From Eubacteriales bacterium (GTDB taxonomy: Bacteria > Bacillota > Clostridia > Oscillospirales > CAG-272), in contig JAZNYH010000076.1 of assembly GCA_045594305.1 (NCBI GenBank), positions 1 through 51,818 on the forward strand: a stretch of 51,818 nucleotides of DNA. The letters run 5' to 3'. The notes beneath the pieces were generated by a model. The model was not told the origin of the DNA. It did no database searches and saw only the letters and a list, made by a program, of their open reading frames with translations. Both the position numbers and the translations under genes were made by a program. Numbering within the stretch: the stretch's first letter is position 1; every line of letters begins with the position of its first letter. Shown in pieces: positions 10,801-17,838 of the stretch.

Positions 10801-12648
10801 ATCCACATCGTAGGTGAGTACGCAAATCTTATGGTGCGTGATTATGATGCTGCCTTACAGTTTGTTCAGGACTACTTCAATATGGAATTCAAGAAATTCA
10901 TAGCGAAGTATTTCAAGGGAGAGCGCGCAAAAGAGATTGAGCGAAATATCACGCCCGACAGATACAATCAACTGTTTGGTGATCTTTCCGATATACAAGA
11001 GGAAATCATCAACGATATATCCAAATATATAGTTGTGGCAGCCGGCCCCGGAAGCGGAAAAACAAGAGTTCTTGTTCACAAGCTCGCTTCGCTTTATCAG
11101 TTGGAGGACGTAAAACATGAGCAGATGCTTATGTTGACCTTCTCACGGGCGGCGGCTACCGAATTTAAAAAACGGTTACATACGCTTATTGGAAATGCGG
11201 CGAATTTCATCGAAATCAAAACATTCCACTCCTACTGCTTTGATTTACTCGGCAAGATCGGAACGCTTGAAGCATCGGAAAATATTGTAAGAGATGCTGC
11301 CGAAATGATTCGCAACGGAGAGGTTGAGCAAGGTAAAATTACCAAGACCGTTCTTGTTATTGATGAGGCACAAGATATGGACGAGCATGAATTCGCTCTC
11401 GTTCGTGCTTTGATGGCTCAAAATGACGATATGCGAATCATAGCCGTTGGCGATGACGATCAAAACATCTATGAGTTCCGTGGCTCTAATTCCGTTCATT
11501 TAAGAACGCTGATTGAACAGTACGGCGCAAACAAATACGAAATGGTCGAAAATTATCGTAGCAAAGCTAATGTGGTTGCATTGGCGAATGCGTTTGCGGA
11601 AACGATTACGAATCGTATGAAGGTTGCTCCCGTCGAGCCTGTTACCGAGGAAACAGGAGTTGTAAAAATCACACGCCACACTTCTGCTAATATGGAAGAA
11701 GCAGTCGTTCAAAATCTAATTGAAACATATACCGGCGGCAGAGCTTGTGTGCTTACGAACACCAATGATGAAGCACTTCGCATAATGGGATTGCTTTTGA
11801 AATACGGAAAATGCGCAAAGCTTATACAATCACTCGACGGCTTTAAATTAATCAATCTCGTAGAGGTGCGAGTATTTCTTAACGCCATTAAAAAAGATCT
11901 GCATTCGCCCGTTATCCCCGACGAGATATGGAATAAGGCGAAAAAGGAACTCTTTAGCAAGTACTATAATAGCTCTTGCGTTGATAATATTCGCAAGCTG
12001 GTGCTTGATTTTGAAGCCACTCATTCGGTAAAATACATTTCCGATTTGGAGGAATTCATAAGCGAATCAAACTATGAAGATTTTTATGTTGATAGCGAAG
12101 CAGAGGTAATCTATGTTTCGACTATACATAAATCTAAGGGGCGTGAATTTGATAGCGTATACATGATGCTTAAGGATGCTCACGGAAAGAATGATGAAGA
12201 ATGTAGAAAGCTATATGTCGGAATGACAAGATCTAAGAGCAATTTATTCATTCATACTAACACCGATCTGTTTGCAAAATATGTTCTCCCCGATGTAATT
12301 CATGTTGCTGACAGCAACGATTATAGTGAGCCGTCAGAAATCGTATTGCAAACAACGCACAGAGAAGTTGTTCTCGATTATTTCAAAAACAAAAAGGAAC
12401 TCATATTCGATTTAAGAAGCAGCACCTCATTAAAGATAGACGATGTTTATCTTAGCGCTGAACTTCATGGTCGAGATGTGCGTGTGGCGAAATTCTCAAA
12501 AGCTTTTGTAGAAACGCTTGAAAAACTTAAAACCAAAGGGTATGTGCCTACCTCTTCGGAAGTTCGTTTCATTGTAGCATGGAAAGGCGAGGAAGATGAT
12601 CAGGAAACCCCGATCCTTCTTACCGACATCCATTTTCAAAAACAATAA
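7831..12648 (+). CDS. Exonuclease-like + RecQ (SF2) + UvrD-like (SF1) helicase fusion protein
   Basis: N-terminal FFDTE/GHN/DTL DEDD-like motifs; PTGGGKS, DEAH, TATA, QEAGRAGRD (RecQ); AGPGSGKT, DEAQD, GDDDQ, TIHKSKGRE, YVGMTR (UvrD). Confidence 0.9.
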   Translation: MAKSIVFFDTEISVHENKILDIGAVRGDKTVFHSPSVSEFCAFVAGAEFLCGHNVVHHDMKHIKPHIGEALHQKVIDTLYLSPLMFPKRPYHKLLKDDKLQVEELNNPVNDSRKASTLFYDEVNAFCQLSKNRKMIYCGLLYSHPEFQGFFDYVDFKPYKYNLAQLISDEFSGRICANADLDVLIKHYSVELAYALALVGCDDHYSTTPPWLLYNYPKIENVIKFLCNTPCEEHCEYCRNALDIHEWLKPFFGHSGFRKFAGDEISLQEVAAQAAVDGKSLLAVFPTGGGKSITFQLPALMAGRAMHGLTVVISPLQSLMKDQVDNLVEKGIEGAVTINGMMNPIERADAIERVKNGKASLLYISPEQLRSKTIERLLMSRNIVRFVIDEAHCFSAWGQDFRVDYLYIGDFIRKLQKDKKTERKPIPVSCFTATAKQKVISDICDYFYKKLDLTLEIFASKATRENLHYTVLHKETDEEKYSALRTLIAQKQCPTIVYVSRTKRTFELAAKLTSDGFKALPYNGKMDANDKIINQEAFMNNDVSIIVATSAFGMGVDKRDVKLVIHYDISDSLENYVQEAGRAGRDQSLQAECYVLFNDNDLDKHFILLNQTKLSISQIQQVWKAIKDLTQNRPNICCSALEIARQAGWDDSAGAEMETRVRTAISALETAGYIVRGRNVPKVFATSIRAKDMTEASYRIRSSSLFSEEQRTAALRIIKSLISSRSIATAGNDEAESRIDYLADNLALSKEAVIEAINLMRQEGLLEDYSDMSAYINDSDSHHKSSLILERFAKLERFILSKIDDEGANFGFKELNESAQAEGITTSTIKNIKTILYFLSIKNYIHKEENRDSVSVDVVPALGLKNLMDKFERRIELCRFILAELYAKAEQKGKEAEGEDLKPVVFSLVGLYKEYQNAPKMNIGGIPVELSDVEDALLYMSKIGALKLEGGFLVLYNAMEIKRIVRDNRIKYKVDDYRLLDEFYKQKIRQIHIVGEYANLMVRDYDAALQFVQDYFNMEFKKFIAKYFKGERAKEIERNITPDRYNQLFGDLSDIQEEIINDISKYIVVAAGPGSGKTRVLVHKLASLYQLEDVKHEQMLMLTFSRAAATEFKKRLHTLIGNAANFIEIKTFHSYCFDLLGKIGTLEASENIVRDAAEMIRNGEVEQGKITKTVLVIDEAQDMDEHEFALVRALMAQNDDMRIIAVGDDDQNIYEFRGSNSVHLRTLIEQYGANKYEMVENYRSKANVVALANAFAETITNRMKVAPVEPVTEETGVVKITRHTSANMEEAVVQNLIETYTGGRACVLTNTNDEALRIMGLLLKYGKCAKLIQSLDGFKLINLVEVRVFLNAIKKDLHSPVIPDEIWNKAKKELFSKYYNSSCVDNIRKLVLDFEATHSVKYISDLEEFISESNYEDFYVDSEAEVIYVSTIHKSKGREFDSVYMMLKDAHGKNDEECRKLYVGMTRSKSNLFIHTNTDLFAKYVLPDVIHVADSNDYSEPSEIVLQTTHREVVLDYFKNKKELIFDLRSSTSLKIDDVYLSAELHGRDVRVAKFSKAFVETLEKLKTKGYVPTSSEVRFIVAWKGEEDDQETPILLTDIHFQKQ

Positions 12649-12742
12649 TTAAATGTTCAAGGTCACACAAGTATGATCGCTTATGTGGCCTTGTTTTTTG
12701 AAAGTCAAAAATCCGTGACAATCCGGGAGCGAAATAACGACA

Positions 12743-12823
12743 AAGCACAGCAAAACCGCAACGCAGCAGATCCACATCTACTTCCGCTATATCGGAAAGC
12801 TCGTACCCAAAGCAGTCGCCTAC
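12743..12823 (+). pseudogene. Remnant of the serine recombinase C-terminal tail
   Basis: Translates KHSKTATQQIHIYFRYIGKLVPKAVA, nearly identical to the end of the ORF at 22175-22709. Confidence 0.75.
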
Positions 12824-12838
12824 CCCCACAAAATGGAA

Positions 12839-12920
12839 TAGGACGGACAGCCGAAACTGTCCGTCCTACATACCGAGTGCCGCCTATACGCAGTTAATAT
12901 CCTTATGAGAAACTGCGTAA
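12839..12920 (+). repeat. Conserved right end (hairpin TAGGACGGACAG-CCGAAA-CTGTCCGTCCTA plus att arm), shared with 22725-22804
   Basis: CGCCTATACGCAGTTAATATCCTTATGAGAAACTGCGTAA is identical at both loci. Confidence 0.9.
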
Positions 12921-12940
12921 TTGGTGTCCTTTTTTGTATG

Positions 12941-13989
12941 TGGCGCGCCACAGTTAACCTCAGTTGAACACCTAAGTAAAAATTCAGAAAAGCCTTATAG
13001 TATAAGCCTTTTTAGCGTTTTTTAAAATGCTAATTTTTTGGAATTTTGTATATATAACAGCTCAAAAAGACCATTAAAATACCTTTTTAAAGATATTGAC
13101 AATATGGTGAAAATAGTGATACAATTATAAATGAGCCGTTCAAAGCATCTTTTTACAAGATAGCTTAAAGCATTTTAACGCAGTGTTTTAAGCCATTTGG
13201 ATGGTGAAATTGAATCTCAAATTAAAAAGAAAAGAAAGAAAAAATCTAAAAATACAGTATTAAAATCTGCTGTTTCTAAACTTAATATGAAAATAAAATA
13301 CAAGGGAGTAAAGATAGATATTGTTCTTCCAATATCTCAACAACTAATAAGTTCAATAATCAATGTCTTATGTTAAGGAGGTTTTTATGGATTTAGCATT
13401 GTATGAAAATATCATAATGAAAAGGCTTGCTTATTTTGTTACAATAGGTATTCTTGTTATATGCTTGGCTGTATTTGCTATGATATATGTAATAAAAAAG
13501 ATGAGACAACAAGATAAGGCGCTTTTCTTTGCACTGATTATATTGTGTATAGCCTTGATAATTGGTAGTATAATATTAATTGGAAAAGTATTATTTGAGT
13601 CTATTTATGATGTTAGTAATCAAGCTTATGTAGTTTGGGATGGTGAATTCATAGTGGGAACCGATGTTGAAAATCGTTCTGGAACATGTAGCTTGTATTT
13701 GCCTGATGAAAATGGAATAAAACTTGAAACGGATGCTTATGAATTAAAGTCTGGTAAATATATTGGACAAGTAATATACGGAGAAAAAACCAAAATTGTT
13801 TTAGAAATTAAAACAGAAGACTGATGATAAGAAAAAATAAAGTTTTGTCAGCTTGACGAGTAAAATTGTCAAGCTGATTTTTGTATAACGAAAACCACGC
13901 GATAGTGAAGTGAACCCCATTTAGTGCACAAAAAATAAAAAAGACTCAGCATAACCACAGGGGTTCAACTGAGTCTCTCTTGGCGCGCC
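12941..13989. mobile_element. Single-gene cassette at the tRNA-Arg 3' end
   Basis: TGGCGCGCC (tRNA 3' end) duplicated at 12941 and 13981; inward inverted arms CTCAGTTGAAC (12959-12969) / GTTCAACTGAG (13963-13973); AT-rich interior. Confidence 0.65.
13387..13824 (+). CDS. Hypothetical membrane protein (two predicted TM helices)
   Basis: GGAGG RBS before ATG 13387; two hydrophobic segments followed by a soluble tail; terminator-like hairpin at ~13848-13880. Confidence 0.7.
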   Translation: MDLALYENIIMKRLAYFVTIGILVICLAVFAMIYVIKKMRQQDKALFFALIILCIALIIGSIILIGKVLFESIYDVSNQAYVVWDGEFIVGTDVENRSGTCSLYLPDENGIKLETDAYELKSGKYIGQVIYGEKTKIVLEIKTED

Positions 13990-14056
13990 CCGGGGGATTC
14001 GAACCCTCGACCTACCGGTTCGTAGCCGGGCACTCTATCCGCTGAGCTAGGAGCGC
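13981..14056 (-). tRNA. tRNA-Arg (ACG)
   Basis: Reverse complement GCGCTCCTAGCTCAGCGGATAGAGTGCCCGGCT-ACG-AACCGGTAGGTCGAGGGTTCGAATCCCCCGGGGCGCGCCA folds as a cloverleaf with CCA end. Confidence 0.95.
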
Positions 14057-14081
14057 ATACACTTTTTCTTTGTGCCTAAGT

Positions 14082-14110
14082 ATAATAACACAATATTTTT
14101 CAAAAGTCAA
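14082..14110 (-). promoter_or_regulatory. sigmaA-type promoter for tRNA-Arg
   Basis: TTGACT-17 nt-TATTAT with extended TG on the minus strand. Confidence 0.6.
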
Positions 14111-14209
14111 TAGGAAATTTGAAATTTCTTTTTTCTAAGATTATTTTGTCAAAAATCCAAGGACATATTGCAAAAGAACGGATTAAAATAACAAAAACGA
14201 AAAAAACTA

Positions 14210-14238
14210 TTGACAACGCCAAAGAAATTGTGTATAAT
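14210..14238 (+). promoter_or_regulatory. Consensus sigmaA promoter for tRNA-Ser
   Basis: TTGACA-17 nt-TATAAT with A-rich UP element. Confidence 0.85.
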
Positions 14239-14280
14239 TTAAAAGCAAACTCGGGAAACGGGAGTTTGCAAGTGCTTTAT

Positions 14281-14371
14281 GGAGAAGTACTCAAGTGGCC
14301 GAAGAGGCGCCCCTGCTAAGGGTGTAGGTCGGGTAACCGGCGCGGAAGTTCAAATCTTCTCTTCTCCGCCA
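14281..14371 (+). tRNA. tRNA-Ser (GCT)
   Basis: GGAGAAG acceptor stem, anticodon loop CT-GCT-AA, long variable arm, GTTCAAATC T-loop, CCA end. Confidence 0.95.
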
Positions 14372-14374
14372 AGC

Positions 14375-14405
14375 AAAAAAGACAGGTCTTGCACCTGTCT
14401 TTTTT
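14375..14405 (+). terminator. tRNA-Ser terminator (duplicated at 15416-15447)
   Basis: AAAAAAGACAGGT-CTTGC-ACCTGTCTTTTTT. Confidence 0.85.
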
Positions 14406-14610
14406 GTTTTTTGTGCGGTGAAGAATTTGAATTTCATCTGTGTCGGTTACCGCCGGCAAGGAAGGGACGGTTCCGAGCGCACCCAGTGGGTGATACAGCG
14501 AGGAATAAGGAGTGGCAGTCGTCCAAGAAAACGAGCAATCAACCGATTGCGATGCTTGATTGGCTAACGACAACAGTTCGACGGAACGAGGAGCGTTCCT
14601 AGATAATCTT

Positions 14611-15410
14611 CTCCGCCAAGTGAGACCAAAATCGAACTAATTCGGTTTTGGTCTTTTCTTATGCCTATTTTTAGGTTTTTGTGGCGTTCAAATTTCTAAT
14701 ATAAAGCATTTTAGCAGGGCTTTTTGCCCTGTTTTTTATTTGCTTAACCTTGATAATGTGATTTGATTTTCGCTTAAAAGTAGCTTTTATGCCGCGAAAG
14801 ACGATTGCCAAGGACTATTACTTTTTTATAATTAAAGCCCATTTTCTATTTCACCGATTTTTATATCAACCATTTTCTTCATAAATGATAAATCTGTTTC
14901 GCTTGGGTTATCAATCCTAAAGGTGCAACAACATACTCTTGAAAACCTTTTTCCAAAAATCTCTTTAGGTTTTCCACCACTACAACCACCACATAAGCCA
15001 CATTGGTCAACATATTTCCAAGCGGTTTCTTTCAAATTTTCTTCTATTGGGTAATTTGCAAGATAATCAGAACTTATATCATCTGACCAAACAGTCCAAT
15101 TCCTGTCAGGCTCTTCAGGGTCTTTAATTGCTATAAAGCATATACATTTTTCTTGATTATATCTAATCCAATAATAAATCTTGTCTTTCCAGCAAGCGCC
15201 TTCATCTTTGTAAAACTCCAAATTCTTTTCTCTCAAATATCTTACAAATTCTAAAGCGATTTTTTGGTCGTTTCCCAATAAATTTTCTTCTATGTATTCT
15301 TCAATTGTCTTAATCATTTTTGCCTCCAATTTTTGAGATATAAGTTATTATATCATTTCTTCGTCAAAAAGTAAAGAATTTTAGTTCGATTTTCATCTCA
15401 CTTGCTCCGC
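14611..15410. mobile_element. Single-gene cassette inserted in a copy of the tRNA-Ser 3' end
   Basis: 24-bp terminal inverted repeats with 2 mismatches (14617-14640 CAAGTGAGACCAAAATCGAACTAA / 15381-15404), flanked by direct CTCCGC. Confidence 0.8.
14832..15317 (-). CDS. Hypothetical protein with Cys cluster (CGLCGGC...VCCC)
   Basis: GGAGG RBS before ATG 15317; AT-rich ORF inside the cassette. Confidence 0.7.
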   Translation of the reverse strand: MIKTIEEYIEENLLGNDQKIALEFVRYLREKNLEFYKDEGACWKDKIYYWIRYNQEKCICFIAIKDPEEPDRNWTVWSDDISSDYLANYPIEENLKETAWKYVDQCGLCGGCSGGKPKEIFGKRFSRVCCCTFRIDNPSETDLSFMKKMVDIKIGEIENGL

Positions 15411-15885
15411 CAAGCAAAAAAGACAGGTCTTGCACCTGTCTTTTTTTGTATATCACGCTATTGGTAGTCATCTTACATTACAATTGAGGCGTGGTAAAAT
15501 AAGAATATCAAGCAAAAGGGGGACTATTATCTCTATATAGATGATAGCTTTTCCAAACAGAGCGAGTATTGTAAGCTATACATAGACCTAAAGCAAGCCG
15601 AGCTTGAATAAGTAATCGCAACAAAAAAGTCACCAAAAGGCAGGTTCTCATAAGGATATTGAGTTAAATCCAAGAGAAAATGCCGATTGAGAGTGGTTCA
15701 ACAAGAAAAATGCAACATGGACGAAAAGTCTGTGTTGCATTTTTCTTTATACTTCTGCTCCCCAAAATTTGCGCCGCAATAAACAAAGAATAAGTTTGGC
15801 GAAAAAGTTAGATTTATTTTCGAAAAAGTGCTGGACTTCCGCAACATTCTGTGGTATGTTGTTGTGCTAACAGGAGGTGCAACAC

Positions 15886-16152
15886 GTGGATAACCCAATA
15901 AAAGAACTATGGCACGGAAACATAATACCGCAAGAGGACAGCAGAAATAACTCAAAGGAGATGAAGGAGCTACTTGGATACATGGCACGGCATCACGAAG
16001 ATTTGGAGAAAACCTTCACAGACGAACAAAAGGAGATCTTCGAAAAGTTCCGTGACTGCTGGGATGAGTACGTAAGCCTCGCCGAAGCAGCTATCTTCGA
16101 GTATGCCTTCAAGTTAGGAATGCAGATAGCAATAGAAACATTAACCGAATAG
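15886..16152 (+). CDS. Small clostridial hypothetical protein (DUF6809-like)
   Basis: GGAGG RBS before GTG 15886; ELW.GNI.P...EQKEIFEKF.DCW.EY....E.AIF.YAFKLG pattern, recognised from memory. Confidence 0.65.
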   Translation: MDNPIKELWHGNIIPQEDSRNNSKEMKELLGYMARHHEDLEKTFTDEQKEIFEKFRDCWDEYVSLAEAAIFEYAFKLGMQIAIETLTE

Positions 16153-16328
16153 TAAATAGGGCTGAGCGCATGGATGTGTTCAGTCATCTATAATTGAGTT
16201 GCTATTGGAAATATTGATGGATTTTATGACTAAGATTCGATATTTTCAAACTAAATTACCACGAGTGAAAATTTACTATTAATGTTTTAAAATATTTTGA
16301 TATATAAACCACAAATTGTGCATAGCAC

Positions 16329-16357
16329 TTGACAATTTCGCCCAGACGAAGTATAAT
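16329..16357 (+). promoter_or_regulatory. Perfect-consensus sigmaA promoter for the HTH-ThiC-like-ADH-TIR operon
   Basis: TTGACA-17 nt-TATAAT ending 34 nt before the HTH start codon. Confidence 0.8.
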
Positions 16358-16391
16358 TATTACGTAGAATTATATCAAAAAAGAGGATTGT

Positions 16392-16595
16392 ATGGAATTT
16401 AACTATATTTCCACGAAAGATGCGGCTAAAATTCTTGGCATAACCGAAAGATACGTGCAAATGCTTTGCAAAGAAGGTAAAATTGAAGGTGCGATTAAAT
16501 TCAATGGACAAGGTGTTTGGTTGGTGCCGCACTTGTCTGTAAAAAAGATCAACAAAAAAAGAAGTTTTAAATACACCGAGGAGGAAGAGCGATGA
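16392..16595 (+). CDS. Excisionase/MerR-like HTH DNA-binding protein
   Basis: YISTKDAAKILGITERYVQMLCKEGKIEGA.K....WLVP; stop overlaps the next start (ATGA). Confidence 0.85.
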   Translation: MEFNYISTKDAAKILGITERYVQMLCKEGKIEGAIKFNGQGVWLVPHLSVKKINKKRSFKYTEEEER

Positions 16596-17770
16596 ATACT
16601 GTAAAAGAAGAATATTATGGTGTTTTTTCTAATGCAGAAATTGAGCAAAAAGTAGCAAACGGAGAAATTTTGCGTTTTAAAGCTAAACGGCCAATACTTA
16701 TTGGGACTCAATGCATGCTTAAAGTTAATATGAATGTTGGGGTTTCGAATGAGGATTTCTATGATGTCGAAGTGGATAAAATTGCAAAAATTTCATCCTT
16801 GCCGTATCGTCCTGATTCAATGATGGACCACACAATAGTTCCCTTGAAAAAGCCTTTGTGGAAAACGATGCTAGAGGTATTTGATGGTGCCGTTGGAACA
16901 TTACCACATTACCTTGTTTTTGACGAAAACAAGGGAATTGATGAAAATGACCTTTTTGATAACTTGTTAGACATGGTAAAAGGTGGAGTGAGTTTTATGA
17001 CATTACACCCAACTGCGGATATAAGTATTTACCATAGGGCGGTAGCCTCGCACAGAATAGTTCCTACCACTTCACGAGGTGGATATGTTTTGTTAAAAGA
17101 TCAAGCTATTAATAGAAGATGCGAAAATATAATCGCAAAGAATTTCGAAAAAATAATGGATATTTTTCGCGAGAACAATGTTGCGGTAAGTATCGGAACG
17201 GTTTTTAGACCTGCCACAATACACGAAGCTTTGGATGAATTTCACAGAGAAGAAACTGTTTTGCAAAAAAAATACATAGACATAGCCAAAGCGCGTGGTG
17301 TCCAGGTCATGATGGAAGGAATCGGACACATTTCACTAGACAAAATGGAAGAATACTCCGAAATAATTCGTCCTTACAATGTTCCGTTAATGCCACTTGG
17401 TCCAATGCCCTCCGATGAGATAATTGGATTCGATCACATTTCAAATGCTTTAGGAGCCTTATCTATGGCACAAACCGGCGTCGTTGGTATGATCAATTCG
17501 GTAACAAGGGAGGAACATACGGGAAAAGTTCCCTCGTTTGATTCCATTCTCGAAGGCCTTAAGACCGCTAGAGCAACCGCACATTGTTATAATATTAGTA
17601 AATTCCCAAAGTACAAAGAAGCGACGGAAGTGATAGGTATTACTCGTGCACAACATGAAACCTGCGTGCAGCGAGGAGGAATTTTTGGATTCACATCGGT
17701 TGATGATAAGGAGTCAGAATCTTGCACTAGATGTCGTAGAGAGTGTCCATTAAAAAAAATAATTGTATGA
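16592..17770 (+). CDS. Divergent ThiC/BzaAB-family radical-SAM enzyme
   Basis: KVNMNVG, MD, GTLPHY, FMTLH, SRGG, VQVMMEG.GH, LGP..SD...GFDHI, VT.EEH and C-terminal CTRCRREC align with ThiC motifs. Confidence 0.85.
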   Translation: MNTVKEEYYGVFSNAEIEQKVANGEILRFKAKRPILIGTQCMLKVNMNVGVSNEDFYDVEVDKIAKISSLPYRPDSMMDHTIVPLKKPLWKTMLEVFDGAVGTLPHYLVFDENKGIDENDLFDNLLDMVKGGVSFMTLHPTADISIYHRAVASHRIVPTTSRGGYVLLKDQAINRRCENIIAKNFEKIMDIFRENNVAVSIGTVFRPATIHEALDEFHREETVLQKKYIDIAKARGVQVMMEGIGHISLDKMEEYSEIIRPYNVPLMPLGPMPSDEIIGFDHISNALGALSMAQTGVVGMINSVTREEHTGKVPSFDSILEGLKTARATAHCYNISKFPKYKEATEVIGITRAQHETCVQRGGIFGFTSVDDKESESCTRCRRECPLKKIIV

Positions 17771-17838
17771 TAACAATAGGTTAGATGTTATAAAAGGTTA
17801 ACAGCACCAATTTAAAATCAATTTATAGGAGATATATT

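Larger units (their letters stand above)
6296..12920 (+). mobile_element. Non-autonomous serine-recombinase-type integrative element, copy 1 (RecQ/UvrD cargo)
   Basis: Left end AA-AGGCAGGCTCTCATAAGGATATT and right end AATATCCTTATGAGAAACTGCGT-AA are inverted repeats; both ends match the element at 15636-22804; recombinase C-terminal remnant near the right end. Confidence 0.8.

Noticed and set aside
12620-12897. ORFs 12673-12897(+) and 12620-12829(-)
   Set aside because: The recognisable recombinase remnant is in a different frame; these are spurious
14119-14602. ORFs overlapping tRNA-Ser and its promoter
   Set aside because: Explained by the tRNA gene, promoter and terminator
16592-17770. 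Calling this gene thiC (thiamine biosynthesis)
   Set aside because: Key motifs are altered, no TPP riboswitch or thi genes are seen, and the context is mobile and TIR-linked; the symbol is withheld
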